Part shown: positions 48,348 through 59,993 of the stretch, one piece after another
Position numbering within the stretch: the first letter of the stretch is position 1
Layout: each line of letters begins with the position of its first letter
Assembly: GCF_913774845.1 (NCBI RefSeq)
Contig: NZ_CAJYJO010000055.1
Reading direction: 5' to 3' (one strand)
Source: an uncultured Microbacterium sp.
GTDB lineage: Bacteria; Actinomycetota; Actinomycetes; Actinomycetales; Microbacteriaceae
Length of the DNA stretch: 64,000 bases
Made by a program: the position numbers and the translations under genes
The notes under the pieces: generated by a model
Told to the model about the DNA's origin: nothing
Seen by the model: only the letters and a program-made list of their open reading frames with translations
Databases searched by the model: none

Positions 48348-50921
48348 GTGTCTCAGAACTCCGCAGCAGACCCCCGCGAGGGGGGCTTCGACACCCACGC
48401 CATCCAGGCGAAGTGGCAGCAGGCTTGGGCCGAGAAAGACCCGTTCCGCGCCGGCGGCGACGACGACACGCGCCCCCGCAAGTACGTGCTCGCGATGTTC
48501 CCGTACCCCTCGGGCGACCTGCACATGGGTCACGCCGAGAACTACCTCTACTCCGACATCGTGGCGCGCTTCTGGCGCCACCGCGGGTACAACGTGCTCA
48601 ACCCCATCGGGTGGGACTCGTTCGGCCTGCCCGCCGAGAACGCCGCCATCAAGCGCGGCGCCGACCCCGTCGAGTGGACCTACGCCAACATCGCCCAGCA
48701 GAAGGAGAGCCTGAAGGACTACGGCGTCTCGTTCGACTGGAGCCGGGTGCTGCACACGAGCGACCCCGAGTACTACCGCTGGAACCAGTGGCTGTTCCAG
48801 AAGCTGTACGAGAAGGGCCTGGCGTACCGCAAGGACGCCCTGGTCAACTGGGACCCGGTGGATCAGACCGTGCTCGCGAACGAGCAGGTGCTGCCCGACG
48901 GCACGAGCGAGCGCAGCGGCGCCGTCGTGGTGAAGAAGAAGCTGACGCAGTGGTTCCTGCGCATCACCGATTACGCCGACCGCCTGCTCGACGACCTGAA
49001 CCAGCTCGAGGGCTTCTGGCCGAGCAAGGTCCTCCAGATGCAGCGCAACTGGATCGGCCGGTCGGTCGGCGCCGACATCGAGTTCGAGATCGAGGGCCGC
49101 GACGAGAAGATCACGGTCTTCTCCACCCGCCCCGACACGCTGCACGGAGCGACGTTCTTCGTCGTGGCGCCCGAGTCCGACCTGGCGGCCGAGCTCGCGG
49201 CATCCGCTGATCAGGGGGTGCGCGAGACGTTCGAGGCGTACCTCGCCCAGGTGCAGCGCGCGACCGACATCGAGCGCCAGTCGACCGACCGGCCGAAGAC
49301 CGGTGTCTTCCTCGGCCACTACGCGATCAACCCGATCAACGGCGAGAAGCTGCCGATCTGGGCCGCCGACTACGTGCTGGCCGACTACGGTCACGGCGCC
49401 GTCATGGCCGTACCGGCGCACGACCAGCGCGACCTCGACTTCGCCCGCGCCTTCGATCTGCCCGTCAAGGTCGTCGTCGACACGAACGCGCCCATCACCG
49501 GCGCGATCCCCGTCATCGAGCTCGACGACGAGGGCGTGCCGATCGACCCGCTGGGCGAGATCGACGACCTCGACCCAGTCAAGACCGGCATCGCGCTGAC
49601 CGGTGACGGTCGCATGATGAACTCCGGCTCGCTCAACGGGCTGTCCAAGCGCCACGCGATCGCGCGCATGATCGAGGAGCTCGAGGCCAAGGGCGTCGGC
49701 CGCGCCGCGAAGACCTACCGTCTGCGCGACTGGCTCATCTCGCGACAGCGCTACTGGGGCACGCCCATCCCCATGCTGCACGGCGAGGACGGCTCGATCA
49801 TCCCCGTGCCCGCCGAGCAGCTGCCGGTGACGCTGCCCTCCGTCGATGGTCTCGACCTCAAGCCGAAGGGCACCTCGCCCCTGGGCGCGGCCACCGACTG
49901 GGTGCAGGTCACCGACCCCGAGACGGGCCAGGTGCTGCTGCGCGACCCCGACACGATGGACACCTTCGTCGACAGCTCCTGGTACTACCTGCGCTTCCTC
50001 TCGCCGAACAGCGAAACAGAGGCGTTCTCGGCCCGCGAGGCGAACAAGTGGGGCCCGGTCGACTTCTACATCGGCGGCGTGGAGCACGCCATCCTGCACC
50101 TGCTGTACGCGCGCTTCATCACCAAGGCGCTGTTCGACATGGGCCTGGTGGAGTTCACCGAGCCGTTCTCGAGCCTCATCAACCAGGGCATGGTGATCCT
50201 CGACGGCACGAAGATGTCGAAGAGCAAGGGCAACCTGGTGCTGTTCCAGGAGGAGCTTGACGCCCACGGCGCCGACGCGCTGCGCGTCGCGCTCGCCTTC
50301 GCGGGCCCCGTGGAGGACGACAAGGACTGGAACGACGTCTCGACCACGGGAGCGGCGAAGTTCCTCGCCCGCGCGCTGCGCATCGCGCACGACGTCGACA
50401 GCGAGACCGACGTCGTCTGGGCCGAGGGCGATCAGGCGCTGCGCCGTGTGACGCACCGACTGCTGGCCGAGGCGCCCAACCTCATCGAGCAGACGAAGTT
50501 CAACGTCGTCGTCGCCCGTCTGATGGAGCTCGTCAACGCCACCCGAAAGGCGATCGACGGGAAGGTCGGCGCGAGCGATCCCGCCGTCCGCGAGGCTGCC
50601 GAGGTCATCGCGATGACCCTCGACCTGTTCGCCCCGCACACGGCCGAGGAGATGTGGCAGACGCTCGGGTACACCGGCTTCGTCGGTCTCGTCACCTGGC
50701 GCCAGGCCGACCCGATGCTCCTCGTCGAGGACTCCGTCACCGCGGTCGTGCAGATCGACGGCAAGGTGCGCGGCACGCTCGAGGTCTCGGCCAAGATCGG
50801 CGCCGACCAGCTCGAAGCCCTCGCCCGTGACGACGAGAAGGTCCGTCGGGCGCTGGGCGACCGCGAGATCGTCCGCGCGGTGGTCCGTCCGCCGAAGGTG
50901 GTCAGCTTCTCGACGAAGTAG
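48348..50921 (+). CDS. leuS: Leucine--tRNA ligase
   Basis: [24 protein letters not shown] and KMSKSKGN; GTG start at 48348. Confidence 0.97.
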   Translation: MSQNSAADPREGGFDTHAIQAKWQQAWAEKDPFRAGGDDDTRPRKYVLAMFPYPSGDLHMGHAENYLYSDIVARFWRHRGYNVLNPIGWDSFGLPAENAAIKRGADPVEWTYANIAQQKESLKDYGVSFDWSRVLHTSDPEYYRWNQWLFQKLYEKGLAYRKDALVNWDPVDQTVLANEQVLPDGTSERSGAVVVKKKLTQWFLRITDYADRLLDDLNQLEGFWPSKVLQMQRNWIGRSVGADIEFEIEGRDEKITVFSTRPDTLHGATFFVVAPESDLAAELAASADQGVRETFEAYLAQVQRATDIERQSTDRPKTGVFLGHYAINPINGEKLPIWAADYVLADYGHGAVMAVPAHDQRDLDFARAFDLPVKVVVDTNAPITGAIPVIELDDEGVPIDPLGEIDDLDPVKTGIALTGDGRMMNSGSLNGLSKRHAIARMIEELEAKGVGRAAKTYRLRDWLISRQRYWGTPIPMLHGEDGSIIPVPAEQLPVTLPSVDGLDLKPKGTSPLGAATDWVQVTDPETGQVLLRDPDTMDTFVDSSWYYLRFLSPNSETEAFSAREANKWGPVDFYIGGVEHAILHLLYARFITKALFDMGLVEFTEPFSSLINQGMVILDGTKMSKSKGNLVLFQEELDAHGADALRVALAFAGPVEDDKDWNDVSTTGAAKFLARALRIAHDVDSETDVVWAEGDQALRRVTHRLLAEAPNLIEQTKFNVVVARLMELVNATRKAIDGKVGASDPAVREAAEVIAMTLDLFAPHTAEEMWQTLGYTGFVGLVTWRQADPMLLVEDSVTAVVQIDGKVRGTLEVSAKIGADQLEALARDDEKVRRALGDREIVRAVVRPPKVVSFSTK

Positions 50922-50931
50922 TCCGTCGTCC

Positions 50932-50980
50932 CGGATGCCACGTCCTCGCCGTTCCTTCGAGCGGTGGGACGTGGCATCCG
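50932..50980. terminator. Hairpin between the convergent leuS and DUF2087 genes, closed by a GGATGCC pair
   Basis: CGGATGCCACGTCC...GGACGTGGCATCCG. Confidence 0.7.
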
Positions 50981-51014
50981 TCGTTCGCGCTGTCCCCGGA
51001 GGGTTGTGACGCTC

Positions 51015-51512
51015 TCAGGCGCGCGAGTAACGGGTGCCGGCGGCCGTCCGTACGAGGAGTCCGGCGTCGACGAGATAGCGGCGCATGCTCGCGGCGTCGT
51101 CGGTGATCGTCGAGAGGCGTTCGTTGATACCCGCCTCATCGACGGTCTCCCCCTCGGCGAGGAGGCGGGAGGCGATGTGCTCGAGCACGGCACGACGGTC
51201 GGCGTCTCGCGCGGGGTACACCGACAGCCGACCTTCGACGAAGAACCGTCCGATACCGGTCGGGCGTTCCGCCGCCGGTGCGGACGCGAGCGTGCGGGCG
51301 AAGACGTCCGGAACGGCTCGGTGTCCACCGTCCGGGCTCGGGATGACGAGTCCGGCCGCTTCCAGCGCGCCGAGGACGCGACGCCGCTTGCCGGGGGACA
51401 TGACCGCGAACTCCTCCTCGGCGTCCTGCTGGAGCACGATCCGCGCGTACACGGCACGAGCGCGTTCGTCGGCGAGGGCGGCGACGACCGCGCGCCAGGC
51501 GTTCTCGTTCAT
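51015..51512 (-). CDS. DUF2087-domain protein
   Basis: C-terminal FF..GRL..YP.R...E..IN..L....D.A..RRYLVD.GLL.R pattern. Confidence 0.8.
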   Translation of the reverse strand: MNENAWRAVVAALADERARAVYARIVLQQDAEEEFAVMSPGKRRRVLGALEAAGLVIPSPDGGHRAVPDVFARTLASAPAAERPTGIGRFFVEGRLSVYPARDADRRAVLEHIASRLLAEGETVDEAGINERLSTITDDAASMRRYLVDAGLLVRTAAGTRYSRA

Positions 51513-51620
51513 GTCCCCAGGCTAAGCACCTCTCCTCCCCATCGCCTCGCCGGGGTCGCGTGTCCACGGAAGCGTCGTCGCACCCCGCGCGCGGGATGAG
51601 CGTCGCCCTACGGTGAGCCG

Positions 51621-52256
51621 ATGACCGCCCCGCCCGTCGCCGCCGCAGAGTCCGAGCGGCTCGCCGCACCGGATGCGAGACGACGGATCGGCGTCGGCGC
51701 GATCCTGGTGATCGTCCTGCTCGCGTTCGCCGCCGTCGTGGTCATCGGCATGCTCCGCGGCACGACCGGGACGCAGATCGTCGCCGCGTCGCCGACGCCG
51801 TCCGCCGCCGTGCTCGCCCCCGCGACGGCCGGGGTGTATGTCCATGTGGCCGGCGCCGTCCGCGCGGTGGGCCTGTACCGACTCGACGTGGGCGGCCGCG
51901 TCGCCGACGCCATCGCCCTCGCCGGCGGCTTCGCCGACGACGCCGACCGCGCCGGGGTCAATCTGGCCCGCCCCGTCACCGACGGTGAGCAGATCGTCGT
52001 GCCCGTCCTCGGCGCGATCCCGGATGCCGTCGCCCCCGGCGCCGCCGCGAACGGTGCGGCCGGAGGGCTCATCGACCTCAACGCCGCCACGGCGGACCAG
52101 CTCGACACCCTGCCACGGGTGGGCCCCGCGATGGCCGAGCGCATCATCTCGTGGCGCGAGCAGAACGGACGGTTCACGAGCGTCGACGACCTGCTGTCTG
52201 TCCCCGGTATCGGCGACAAGATGCTGGCCGCCATTCGAGACCTGGTGCGGGTATGA
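51621..52256 (+). CDS. comEA: Competence protein ComEA (SLBB plus helix-hairpin-helix)
   Basis: VHVAGAV, DLNAATADQLDTLPRVGP and VPGIG. Confidence 0.92.
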   Translation: MTAPPVAAAESERLAAPDARRRIGVGAILVIVLLAFAAVVVIGMLRGTTGTQIVAASPTPSAAVLAPATAGVYVHVAGAVRAVGLYRLDVGGRVADAIALAGGFADDADRAGVNLARPVTDGEQIVVPVLGAIPDAVAPGAAANGAAGGLIDLNAATADQLDTLPRVGPAMAERIISWREQNGRFTSVDDLLSVPGIGDKMLAAIRDLVRV

Positions 52257-54560
52257 CGGGCAGGCGTGCCCTCCAGCGTCGTGCCCTGCGCGCTGTGGCG
52301 GTGGCGCTCACGACCTGGTCGGCCGCGGGGGTGGCGACGGTCGTCCCTGACGCGAGGCCCCTCGCCGTCGCTCTGGGCGTCGCGACGCTCGTGGGCGTGG
52401 CCGTCTCCTGGCGCCGCCCCGCGCCCATCCTCACGGTTTTCACGGTCGCCCTCGCGTGCGCGGCGGCCACTGCGGCATCGGTGGCGTCGGTGGCTCCCGT
52501 ACGTGACGACCTCTCCGGTCTGCAGGTCGAGGGCGGCCGCCACCTCGAGCTCGAGGCCACCGTCACCGGCCGCATCGACGCGCAGTCGGACGGCGGCGCC
52601 CGATTCGACGCGCTCGTCTCGGTCGTCCGGGCGGGGTCCGTCCGCCTCGGCGGCACCGTGCCGGCGCGCATCATGGTCCCCGCCGATCAGACGGCCGCTC
52701 TGGCCTCCGCGGGCCCCGGCAGCGCGGTGCGCCTGGAGGCGCGCGCGATTCCCGCCGATCCCGCGGAACGCGCGGCCCTCGTCGCCCGCGTGAGCGACGT
52801 GCTCGAGGCGAGTGCTCCCGAGGGGATCTGGGGCTGGTTCGAGCACCTGAGACGCGGTCTCGTCGCCTCGACGCACGGCCTCCCTCAACCGGGCGCCGGA
52901 CTCGTCCCCGGGCTCGCCGTCGGCGACACCTCGATGCTCGACGTCGCGACCGAGGATGCCATGAACGCCTCCTCGCTGTCGCACCTCACGGCCGTCTCGG
53001 GTGCCAACTGCGCGATCGTCGTGGCCGCCGCCTTCGCCCTCCTCGCCGCGTGCGGTGCACCGCGCGGCGTCCGCATCGTCGGTGCCGTGGTCGTCCTGGC
53101 GGCGTTCGTCATCCTCGTCACCCCCGAACCCAGCGTGATCCGCGCGGCGGTCATGGCGACGATCGCGCTTCTCGCCCTGGCACTCGGCCGTCCGGCCGTC
53201 GGCGTCGCGGTGCTCGCGTTCGCAGCGACCGTCCTGCTCGTCATCGACCCGTGGCTCGCCCGCTCGATCGGTTTCGCCCTGTCGGCCGCGGCGACGGGCG
53301 CTCTGCTGCTCCTGGCTCGACCCCTGGCCGCGGGTCTCGAGCGATGGATGCCGCGCTCCCTCGCCCTCGCGATCGCCGTGCCCACGTCGGCACAGCTCGC
53401 CTGCGGCCCGCTCATCGTGCTCATCGACCCGCACGTCCCGCTCCTCGGCGTGGCCGCGAACATGCTCGCCGACCCCGCTGCCGCGCCCGCGACGATCGCG
53501 GGTGCGCTCGCCTGCATCGCGCCGGTCCCGTGGCTCCGTGACGGTCTCACCGCACTCGCCTGGGTCCCCGCCGCGTGGATCGCCGCCGTCGCCCACACCG
53601 CATCGGGCATCGCGCAACAGAACCTCCCGTGGCCCGACGGCATCCTCGGCGCGGGCCTGCTTGCCCTCGTCGGGGCGGCGATCGCCGTCCACGTGATCGC
53701 ACCGCGTCGGTTGCCCCGGCTCACGGCCGGCTCGACCCTCGTCGTCGCCCTGGTCACCGGACTCGTCCTCGGGCAGACGACGGTGCGCACGGTGGCCGGT
53801 CCCCTCACCGTACCGGCGGACTGGCAGGTGGCGATGTGCGACGTGGGGCAAGGCGACGCGACGCTCTGGCGCTCGGGCGCGGCCACCGCGCTCGTCGACG
53901 CGGGGGAGGACCCGGAGCCGATCACTGCCTGTCTGCAAACCTTCGGTGTCGACCGCATCGATCTGCTGGTGCTCACCCACTTCGACCGCGACCACGTCGG
54001 CGGGGCGCCCGCGCTGATCGGGCGGGTCGGCACCGTCCTGCACGGCCCCGTGGGCGAATCGTCCGAACAGAGACTCCTCGACGCGTTCGCCTCCGCGGGT
54101 GCCTCCGTGACGGCCGCGACCCTCGGCATGACGGGTGAGATCGGGACGACGCGCTGGCAGGCGCTCGGTCCCGCACCGAAGGCGCAAACCGGCAACGACG
54201 CGAGCATCGCCCTCGATGTCTCCGGCCCCGGCTTCCCGCGGACCGTGCTGCTCGGCGACCTGGGCGAGGACGCTCAGCAGGCCCTCCTGCGACGCGTCGA
54301 CGTCCCGACCGTCGACGTGGTCAAGGTCTCGCACCACGGCAGCGCCGACCAGGATCCCGAGCTCTACCGTCGCCTGCGCGCGAGCGTGGCGCTCGTCGGT
54401 GTCGGTGCCGACAACCGGTACGGGCATCCGACGCCGTCCCTGATGGCGCTTCTGACCTCGCTCGGCACCACGATCGGCCGCACCGACCAGGACGGGGCGC
54501 TCGCGGTGTGGTCGACCGACGGGGCCCTGTCGTTGTGGCGCGAGCGAGATCGCGCGCCCT
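52253..54560 (+). CDS. comEC: Competence protein ComEC/Rec2; homology ends near 54550 but the frame stays open to 55804
   Basis: LSHLTAVSGAN, PSVIRAA and metallo-beta-lactamase domain DVGQGD, THFDRDH, HHGS, NRYGHP. The end coordinate is the approximate end of homology, not a stop codon. Confidence 0.85.
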
Positions 54561-54625
54561 CGACCCCGGATGCCACCCTCCCGCCATCGCCGGCCGGCTC
54601 GGCCCCGTCCCACCGGCGCCGGTCG

Positions 54626-54647
54626 TGTCGGAGGCGGTCGGTAGGCT
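54626..54647 (+). promoter_or_regulatory. RecA-NDp/PafBC-type promoter of holA (leaderless)
   Basis: TGTCGGAG-N8-TAGGCT, 6 nt before the GTG. Confidence 0.65.
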
Positions 54648-54653
54648 GGGGGA

Positions 54654-55691
54654 GTGACCCCCGCTCCGCGACGCTCGGCCCCGGCGAAGGCCAAGACGGC
54701 CATCCCGCAGGTGTCATGGCGCGCCCCGCAACCAGCTCCGATCGTGCTCGTCTCGGGTCCCGAAGAGGTGTGCGCGGAGCGCGCCATCGCCGGTGTCCGC
54801 GCGATGCTGAAGAGCGAAGACCCGAGCCTCGAGGTCACCGACATCCGTGCCGACGATTACGCCGCCGGCACCCTCCTCGCGGTCACCTCGCCCTCGCTCT
54901 TCGGCGAGCCCCGCCTCGTCCGCATCAGCGGCGTCGAGAAATGCAGCGACACCTTCCTCACCGAGGCCGTCTCCTACCTCTCGCAGACGCAGGACGGCGC
55001 GACCGTCGTCTTGCGCCACACGGGCGCGAGCGTCCGCGGCAAGAAGCTGCTCGACGGCATCCGCGCGGGGCAGGGCGGGGGGATCGAGATCGCCTGTCCC
55101 GCCGTCAAGCGCGACTCCGACCGTTTCGACTTCGCCGTGGGAGAGTTCAAGGCGGCGCAGAAGCGCATCGCCCCGGTCGCGCTCCGGTCGCTCGTCTCGG
55201 CCTTCGCCGACGACCTCACCGAGCTCGCCGCCGCCTGCCAGCAGCTCATCGCCGACGTCCCGGGCGACATCGACGAGCGCACCGTCGAGCGGTACTACGG
55301 GGGTCGCGTCGAGACCTCCGCCTTCACGGTCGCCGACACCGCGATCGCCGGACAGTACGGCCCCGCGCTGCTCGCTCTGCGTCACGCCCTGGCATCCGGA
55401 GCCGACCCCGTACCGCTGGTGGCCGCCGTGGCCATGAAGCTGCGCACCATGGCGCGGGTCGCGGGCACCCGGGAATCCTCCTCGGCGCTCGCCCAGCGGC
55501 TGGGGATGAAGGACTGGCAGGTCGACCGCGCCCGCCGCGACCTCGTCGGCTGGACCGGACACACGCTCGGCATGGCGATCCACGCGACGGCGCGCGCCGA
55601 CGCCGAGGTCAAGGGCGCCTCCCGCGACGCGGTATTCGCTCTGGAGCGCATGATCACCGTCATCGCGACGCGCACCCCCTACGGCGGCTGA
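54654..55691 (+). CDS. holA: DNA polymerase III subunit delta
   Basis: SPSLFGEPR, ELAAACQQL and YYGGRVETSAF; conserved comEC-holA-rpsT synteny. Confidence 0.92.
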   Translation: MTPAPRRSAPAKAKTAIPQVSWRAPQPAPIVLVSGPEEVCAERAIAGVRAMLKSEDPSLEVTDIRADDYAAGTLLAVTSPSLFGEPRLVRISGVEKCSDTFLTEAVSYLSQTQDGATVVLRHTGASVRGKKLLDGIRAGQGGGIEIACPAVKRDSDRFDFAVGEFKAAQKRIAPVALRSLVSAFADDLTELAAACQQLIADVPGDIDERTVERYYGGRVETSAFTVADTAIAGQYGPALLALRHALASGADPVPLVAAVAMKLRTMARVAGTRESSSALAQRLGMKDWQVDRARRDLVGWTGHTLGMAIHATARADAEVKGASRDAVFALERMITVIATRTPYGG

Positions 55692-55706
55692 CGCGCGCCC
55701 GGAGCG

Positions 55707-56537
55707 TCAGCTCTCGCTGTCGAGCCGCGCGTCGAGGGCGTCGAAGAGCCGGCGACGCCAAGGGAGGCTCGACCATCCGTGGTCGGCGCCGTCGACGACG
55801 GTGAGGGAGCCGCCGGGAAGGAGATCGGCGTACCGCCGTCCGTACGAGAGCGGAACGACCTCATCGGCGGAACCGTGCAGCACATCCACGGGACCCGGGT
55901 AGGCGCGAGCGGGCTCGTACACGTCGAGACCGGCGCGTACGTCGTCGACGATCGCCGGGCCCACGGCCATCCCCTGCAGGTCGATGAAACCGTTCTCGCG
56001 GAGTGCGGACAGCGGCCAGCCCATCACGCGGTCGTGCACGGTCATGTCGTCGACGACGACCCCGGCGGGCGACCACAGCGACAGCGACGCGACGCTCTCG
56101 GGCTCGAGCGCGGCCGCGAGGGCGGACTCCACCGCGCCCAGGCTATGCCCCACGACATGCACACGACCGGCCCCGGCCGAGTCGCGGATCATCGCCCGAA
56201 CCTGCTCGACCTCGTCGCGTACCGTGATGTCGAAGAAGTCGCCGTCGCTGACGCCCTGGCCGAGCCGGTCGTACGAGCGCACCACGGCGCCGCGCTTCAC
56301 GAGATGGCGCGCCGCCTGCACGAACAACTGGTGCGACCCGGTGGACGTGCTGCTGAAACCGTGGACGAGGAGCACCCGCGTCGCATCGGGGCGCGGGGAG
56401 CCGTCGTCCCACTGCCACCCGCGCAGCGTCAGACCGCGATGCACGAGCGTGACGGCGGAGACGCGCGGGTCGACGGCCGCGCGGACGGCGTCGAGATCAG
56501 GGGACGAGGGGGACGGGGCGCTGATCGGATCCGGCAT
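55707..56537 (-). CDS. Alpha/beta hydrolase
   Basis: VHGF, GHSLG nucleophile, HGSADEVV and GADH. Confidence 0.88.
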   Translation of the reverse strand: MPDPISAPSPSSPDLDAVRAAVDPRVSAVTLVHRGLTLRGWQWDDGSPRPDATRVLLVHGFSSTSTGSHQLFVQAARHLVKRGAVVRSYDRLGQGVSDGDFFDITVRDEVEQVRAMIRDSAGAGRVHVVGHSLGAVESALAAALEPESVASLSLWSPAGVVVDDMTVHDRVMGWPLSALRENGFIDLQGMAVGPAIVDDVRAGLDVYEPARAYPGPVDVLHGSADEVVPLSYGRRYADLLPGGSLTVVDGADHGWSSLPWRRRLFDALDARLDSES

Positions 56538-56719
56538 CCTCCGATTGTCGTCCGAGCACGGCTGCCGCTGCGCGAAGCCGAACGGGGCGCCGAAAACGTC
56601 TACGATTCGTCCTCGCGCGTGAGGCGCTCGCGAGGTGACGGGCCAGGAACGTCGCCGCTCTCAGCGTGAGCCGCGGCTCGGCGCGGCGCATCTGCCGGAG
56701 GGATGAGATCGCCCCGGGA

Positions 56720-56753
56720 ACGACGAAGCCCGCCCCGCGATGCGGGACGGGCT
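56720..56753 (-). terminator. Hairpin after rpsT
   Basis: AGCCCGCCCCGC-GAT-GCGGGACGGGCT. Confidence 0.65.
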
Positions 56754-56771
56754 GTCGAGAGGTGCTGCGGC

Positions 56772-57032
56772 TCAGAGAGCGGCGACCGACTTCGCGATGG
56801 CCGACTTGCGGTTCGCGGCCTGGTTCGCGTGGATGACGCCCTTGCTCACGGCCTTGTCGAGCTTCTTGGTTGCGGTGAGGAGGGCCTTCTCGGCGGCCTC
56901 CTTGTCACCGGCCAGGATGGCCTCGCGGGTGCGACGCACGTGCGTGCGGAGCTCGCTCTTGACGGCCTTGTTGCGCTCGCGCGCCTTCTCGTTGGTCTTG
57001 TTGCGCTTGATCTGCGACTTGATGTTCGCCAC
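56772..57032 (-). CDS. rpsT: 30S ribosomal protein S20
   Basis: [21 protein letters not shown]...[14 protein letters not shown]. Confidence 0.98.
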   Translation of the reverse strand: MANIKSQIKRNKTNEKARERNKAVKSELRTHVRRTREAILAGDKEAAEKALLTATKKLDKAVSKGVIHANQAANRKSAIAKSVAAL

Positions 57033-57150
57033 GTCGACGGTCTTTCGTTTGAGTGAGTGTTGGAAGTGCCGGTCAAGCGGTAGAGGGACGCTGCACCGGC
57101 GATCGTGGAGGTCGGGAAAAACCCCACACGCAAGCCAAGGGTTGAGTCTA

Positions 57151-57882
57151 TCAGGTCGACGTCTCGATCGTGGTGAGCGCCACCTCCAGCAGCGCGTTGA
57201 AGACGCGCGGCCGCATCGCCGTGACGAGGTGCGTCGTCCGCGGCACCACCACGAGCTCCGCGTGCGGCGCGAGCTCGAGGAACAGCCTCTCGTTCATCCG
57301 GAGCTGGTCCCACTGCCCGTTCACGAACCACAGCGGCACCTCGACCCGACGCAGCGACGTCAGCAGGTCGAGCGTCGACAGCGACGCCAACGCCGTGTCC
57401 TGCGCGTCGAAGGCGTAGCCCCCGGCCCCGAAATCCGGTCGCGTCTCGGGTGGGAGCGTGCGATCGAGCACGCGATCGGTCAGGCCGAGACCGCGATCGG
57501 GCAAGCTGTCGAAGCGCCGCGTGAGGAAGCGGTACGCCGCCAGCCCGACCCCACGGGGGATCGAGGTGCAGGATGCCGCCACGCACGCCGCGACCGGCGG
57601 CGGTTCCTCCTGCCCGACGTACGCGAGCGAGAGCAGGCCGCCCATCGAATGCCCGACGAGGAGCACGGGGCCGCGGGCCGCGGCATCCCGGACCGCCCGG
57701 TCGATCGTGGCGAACGCCTCGTCGAGCGTGAACTCCTCACCCCGGCGCGTCCCGTGACCGGGAAGGTCGACCGCCGTCGCCGGATTCCCTCGTTCGCTCA
57801 GGTATGCGACCTGCGCACGCCACATGGTCGCCGACGTGCGGATGCCGTGCACGAGCACGACCTGGACCGCCATGGCATCCAT
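57151..57882 (-). CDS. Alpha/beta hydrolase
   Basis: VHGIRTS, DLPGHG and the GHSMGG nucleophile; start at 57882 or 57873. Confidence 0.85.
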   Translation of the reverse strand: MDAMAVQVVLVHGIRTSATMWRAQVAYLSERGNPATAVDLPGHGTRRGEEFTLDEAFATIDRAVRDAAARGPVLLVGHSMGGLLSLAYVGQEEPPPVAACVAASCTSIPRGVGLAAYRFLTRRFDSLPDRGLGLTDRVLDRTLPPETRPDFGAGGYAFDAQDTALASLSTLDLLTSLRRVEVPLWFVNGQWDQLRMNERLFLELAPHAELVVVPRTTHLVTAMRPRVFNALLEVALTTIETST

Positions 57883-57920
57883 GCTAGAAGCGCCGTTCGC
57901 CGAGGGGCCCGGCCTGCTCC

Positions 57921-57992
57921 TCGCCCGGGTCACGCGACCTCGTCGAGATCACGCATAGCGGCGTGTCCTTTCGCCCAGGTCACGCGACCTCG
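57921..57992. repeat. 22-nt direct repeat with an internal palindrome
   Basis: TCGCCC(G/A)GGTCACGCGACCTCG at 57921 and 57971 (50-bp period). Confidence 0.7.
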
Positions 57993-58108
57993 CACGCAGC
58001 GGCGAGGGCGTCGCGCACAGCAGCGAGGCGCACGAAGAGCCCCGGATGCCGGCACCCCGAGCATCCGCGGACGGCGATGTCTGCGCGCCCCCGTAGAATC
58101 GACGGAAC

Positions 58109-59968
58109 ATGTCACCGCGCGCCCTGAAGCCCCTCGAGCCGTCTGCCACTCCGCCGGAGCAGATCCGCAACTTCTGCATCATCGCCCACATCGACCACGG
58201 CAAGTCGACGCTGGCCGATCGCATGCTGCAGATCACCGGCGTCGTCAGCGATCGCGACATGCGCGCGCAGTACCTCGACCGCATGGACATCGAGCGAGAG
58301 CGCGGCATCACGATCAAGTCGCAGGCCGTGCGGATGCCGTGGTCCCTTCGACAGGCGCAGGGACCCGAGCAGACCTTCGCGCTCAACATGATCGACACCC
58401 CCGGCCACGTCGACTTCACCTACGAGGTCAGCCGCTCACTCGCCGCGTGCGAGGGCGCGATCCTCCTCGTCGACGCGGCGCAGGGCATCGAGGCCCAGAC
58501 GCTCGCCAACCTCTACCTGGCGCTCGAGAACGATCTGACCATCATCCCGGTGCTCAACAAGATCGATCTGCCCGCGGCCGACCCCGACAAGTACGCGGCC
58601 GAACTCGCCGGTCTCATCGGCGGCGACCCCGCCGACGTGCTGCGCGTCAGCGGCAAGACGGGCATGGGCGTCGAAGACCTGCTCGACCTGATCGTCGAGA
58701 AGATCCCCGCCCCGGTCGGAAGGGCCGACGCCCCCGCCCGCGCGATGATCTTCGACTCGGTCTACGACGCCTACCGCGGGGTCGTCACCTACGTCCGCAT
58801 GATCGACGGCTCGCTGCAGCCGCGCGAGCGCCTGCAGATGATGTCGACGGGCGCGACGCACGAGGCGCTCGAGATCGGCGTGTCGAGCCCCGAGCCCGTG
58901 CCCACCAAGGGGCTCGGCGTCGGCGAGGTCGGCTACCTCATCACGGGCGTGAAAGACGTGCGCCAGTCGAAGGTCGGCGACACGATCACGACGCACCGCA
59001 AGCCCGCCACCGACGCCCTTCCCGGCTACACCGACCCGAAGCCGATGGTCTTCTCGGGCATCTACCCGATCGACGGCAGCGACTACGCCGAGCTGCGCGA
59101 AGCGCTCGACAAGCTCAAGCTCTCCGACGCCTCGCTGCAGTACGAGCCCGAGACCTCCGTCGCCCTGGGCTTCGGCTTCCGCTGCGGCTTCCTCGGGCTC
59201 CTGCACCTCGAGATCATCACCGAGCGCCTCTCGCGCGAGTTCGGGCTCGACCTCATCACCACGGCGCCGTCGGTGACCTACGAGGTCACCACCGACACCG
59301 GCGACACCGTCTCGGTCACCAACCCCAGCGAGTACCCCGACGGGCGCGTCGCCTCGGTGTCGGAGCCGATCGTCAAGGTCGGCATCCTGCTGCCGAAGGA
59401 CTACGTGGGCACCGTCATGGAGCTCTGCCAGTCGCGCCGCGGCACCCTGCTGGGCATGGAGTACCTCAGCGAGGACCGCGTCGAGCTGCGCTACCACATG
59501 CCGCTCGGCGAGATCGTGTTCGACTTCTTCGACCACCTCAAGTCCCGCACGCAGGGCTACGCGAGCCTCGACTACGAACCCGCCGGGCAGCAGACCGCCG
59601 ACCTCGTCAAGGTCGACATCCTGCTGCAGGGCGACAAGGTCGACGCGTTCAGCTCGATCGTGCACCGCGAGAAGGCGTACGCCTACGGCACGCTGATGGC
59701 CGAGCGCCTGCGCAAGCTCATCCCGCGCCAGCAGTTCGAGGTTCCCATCCAGGCCGCGATCGGCGCGCGCATCATCGCGCGCGAGACCATCCGCGCCATC
59801 CGCAAAGACGTGCTCGCCAAGTGCTATGGCGGTGACATCACCCGCAAGCGCAAGCTCCTCGAGAAGCAGAAAGAGGGCAAAAAGCGCATGAAGATGGTGG
59901 GCCGCGTCGAGGTCCCGCAGGAGGCGTTCATCGCCGCCCTGTCCGGAGACGTCGAGACCAAGAAGTAA
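58109..59968 (+). CDS. lepA: Translation elongation factor 4 (LepA)
   Basis: [29 protein letters not shown] and [14 protein letters not shown]. Confidence 0.98.
   Translation: MSPRALKPLEPSATPPEQIRNFCIIAHIDHGKSTLADRMLQITGVVSDRDMRAQYLDRMDIERERGITIKSQAVRMPWSLRQAQGPEQTFALNMIDTPGHVDFTYEVSRSLAACEGAILLVDAAQGIEAQTLANLYLALENDLTIIPVLNKIDLPAADPDKYAAELAGLIGGDPADVLRVSGKTGMGVEDLLDLIVEKIPAPVGRADAPARAMIFDSVYDAYRGVVTYVRMIDGSLQPRERLQMMSTGATHEALEIGVSSPEPVPTKGLGVGEVGYLITGVKDVRQSKVGDTITTHRKPATDALPGYTDPKPMVFSGIYPIDGSDYAELREALDKLKLSDASLQYEPETSVALGFGFRCGFLGLLHLEIITERLSREFGLDLITTAPSVTYEVTTDTGDTVSVTNPSEYPDGRVASVSEPIVKVGILLPKDYVGTVMELCQSRRGTLLGMEYLSEDRVELRYHMPLGEIVFDFFDHLKSRTQGYASLDYEPAGQQTADLVKVDILLQGDKVDAFSSIVHREKAYAYGTLMAERLRKLIPRQQFEVPIQAAIGARIIARETIRAIRKDVLAKCYGGDITRKRKLLEKQKEGKKRMKMVGRVEVPQEAFIAALSGDVETKK
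58341..58365 (+). repeat. 25-nt palindrome in frame within lepA
   Basis: GGTCCCT-TCGACAGGCGC-AGGGACC encodes (W)SLRQAQGP. Confidence 0.8.
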
Positions 59969-59993
59969 CGCACCACACCGAGAGGGGTGAACC

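Noticed and set aside
47313-50921. Apparent 1202-aa protein ending in LeuRS
   Set aside because: The N-terminal part is an off-frame read through pabB; leuS starts at the GTG at 48348.
51621-54560. comEA-comEC proximity as proof that GGATGCC is an uptake sequence
   Set aside because: leuS-comEA-comEC-holA-rpsT synteny is routine in Actinobacteria; it shows the machinery exists but gives no evidence of sequence-specific uptake.
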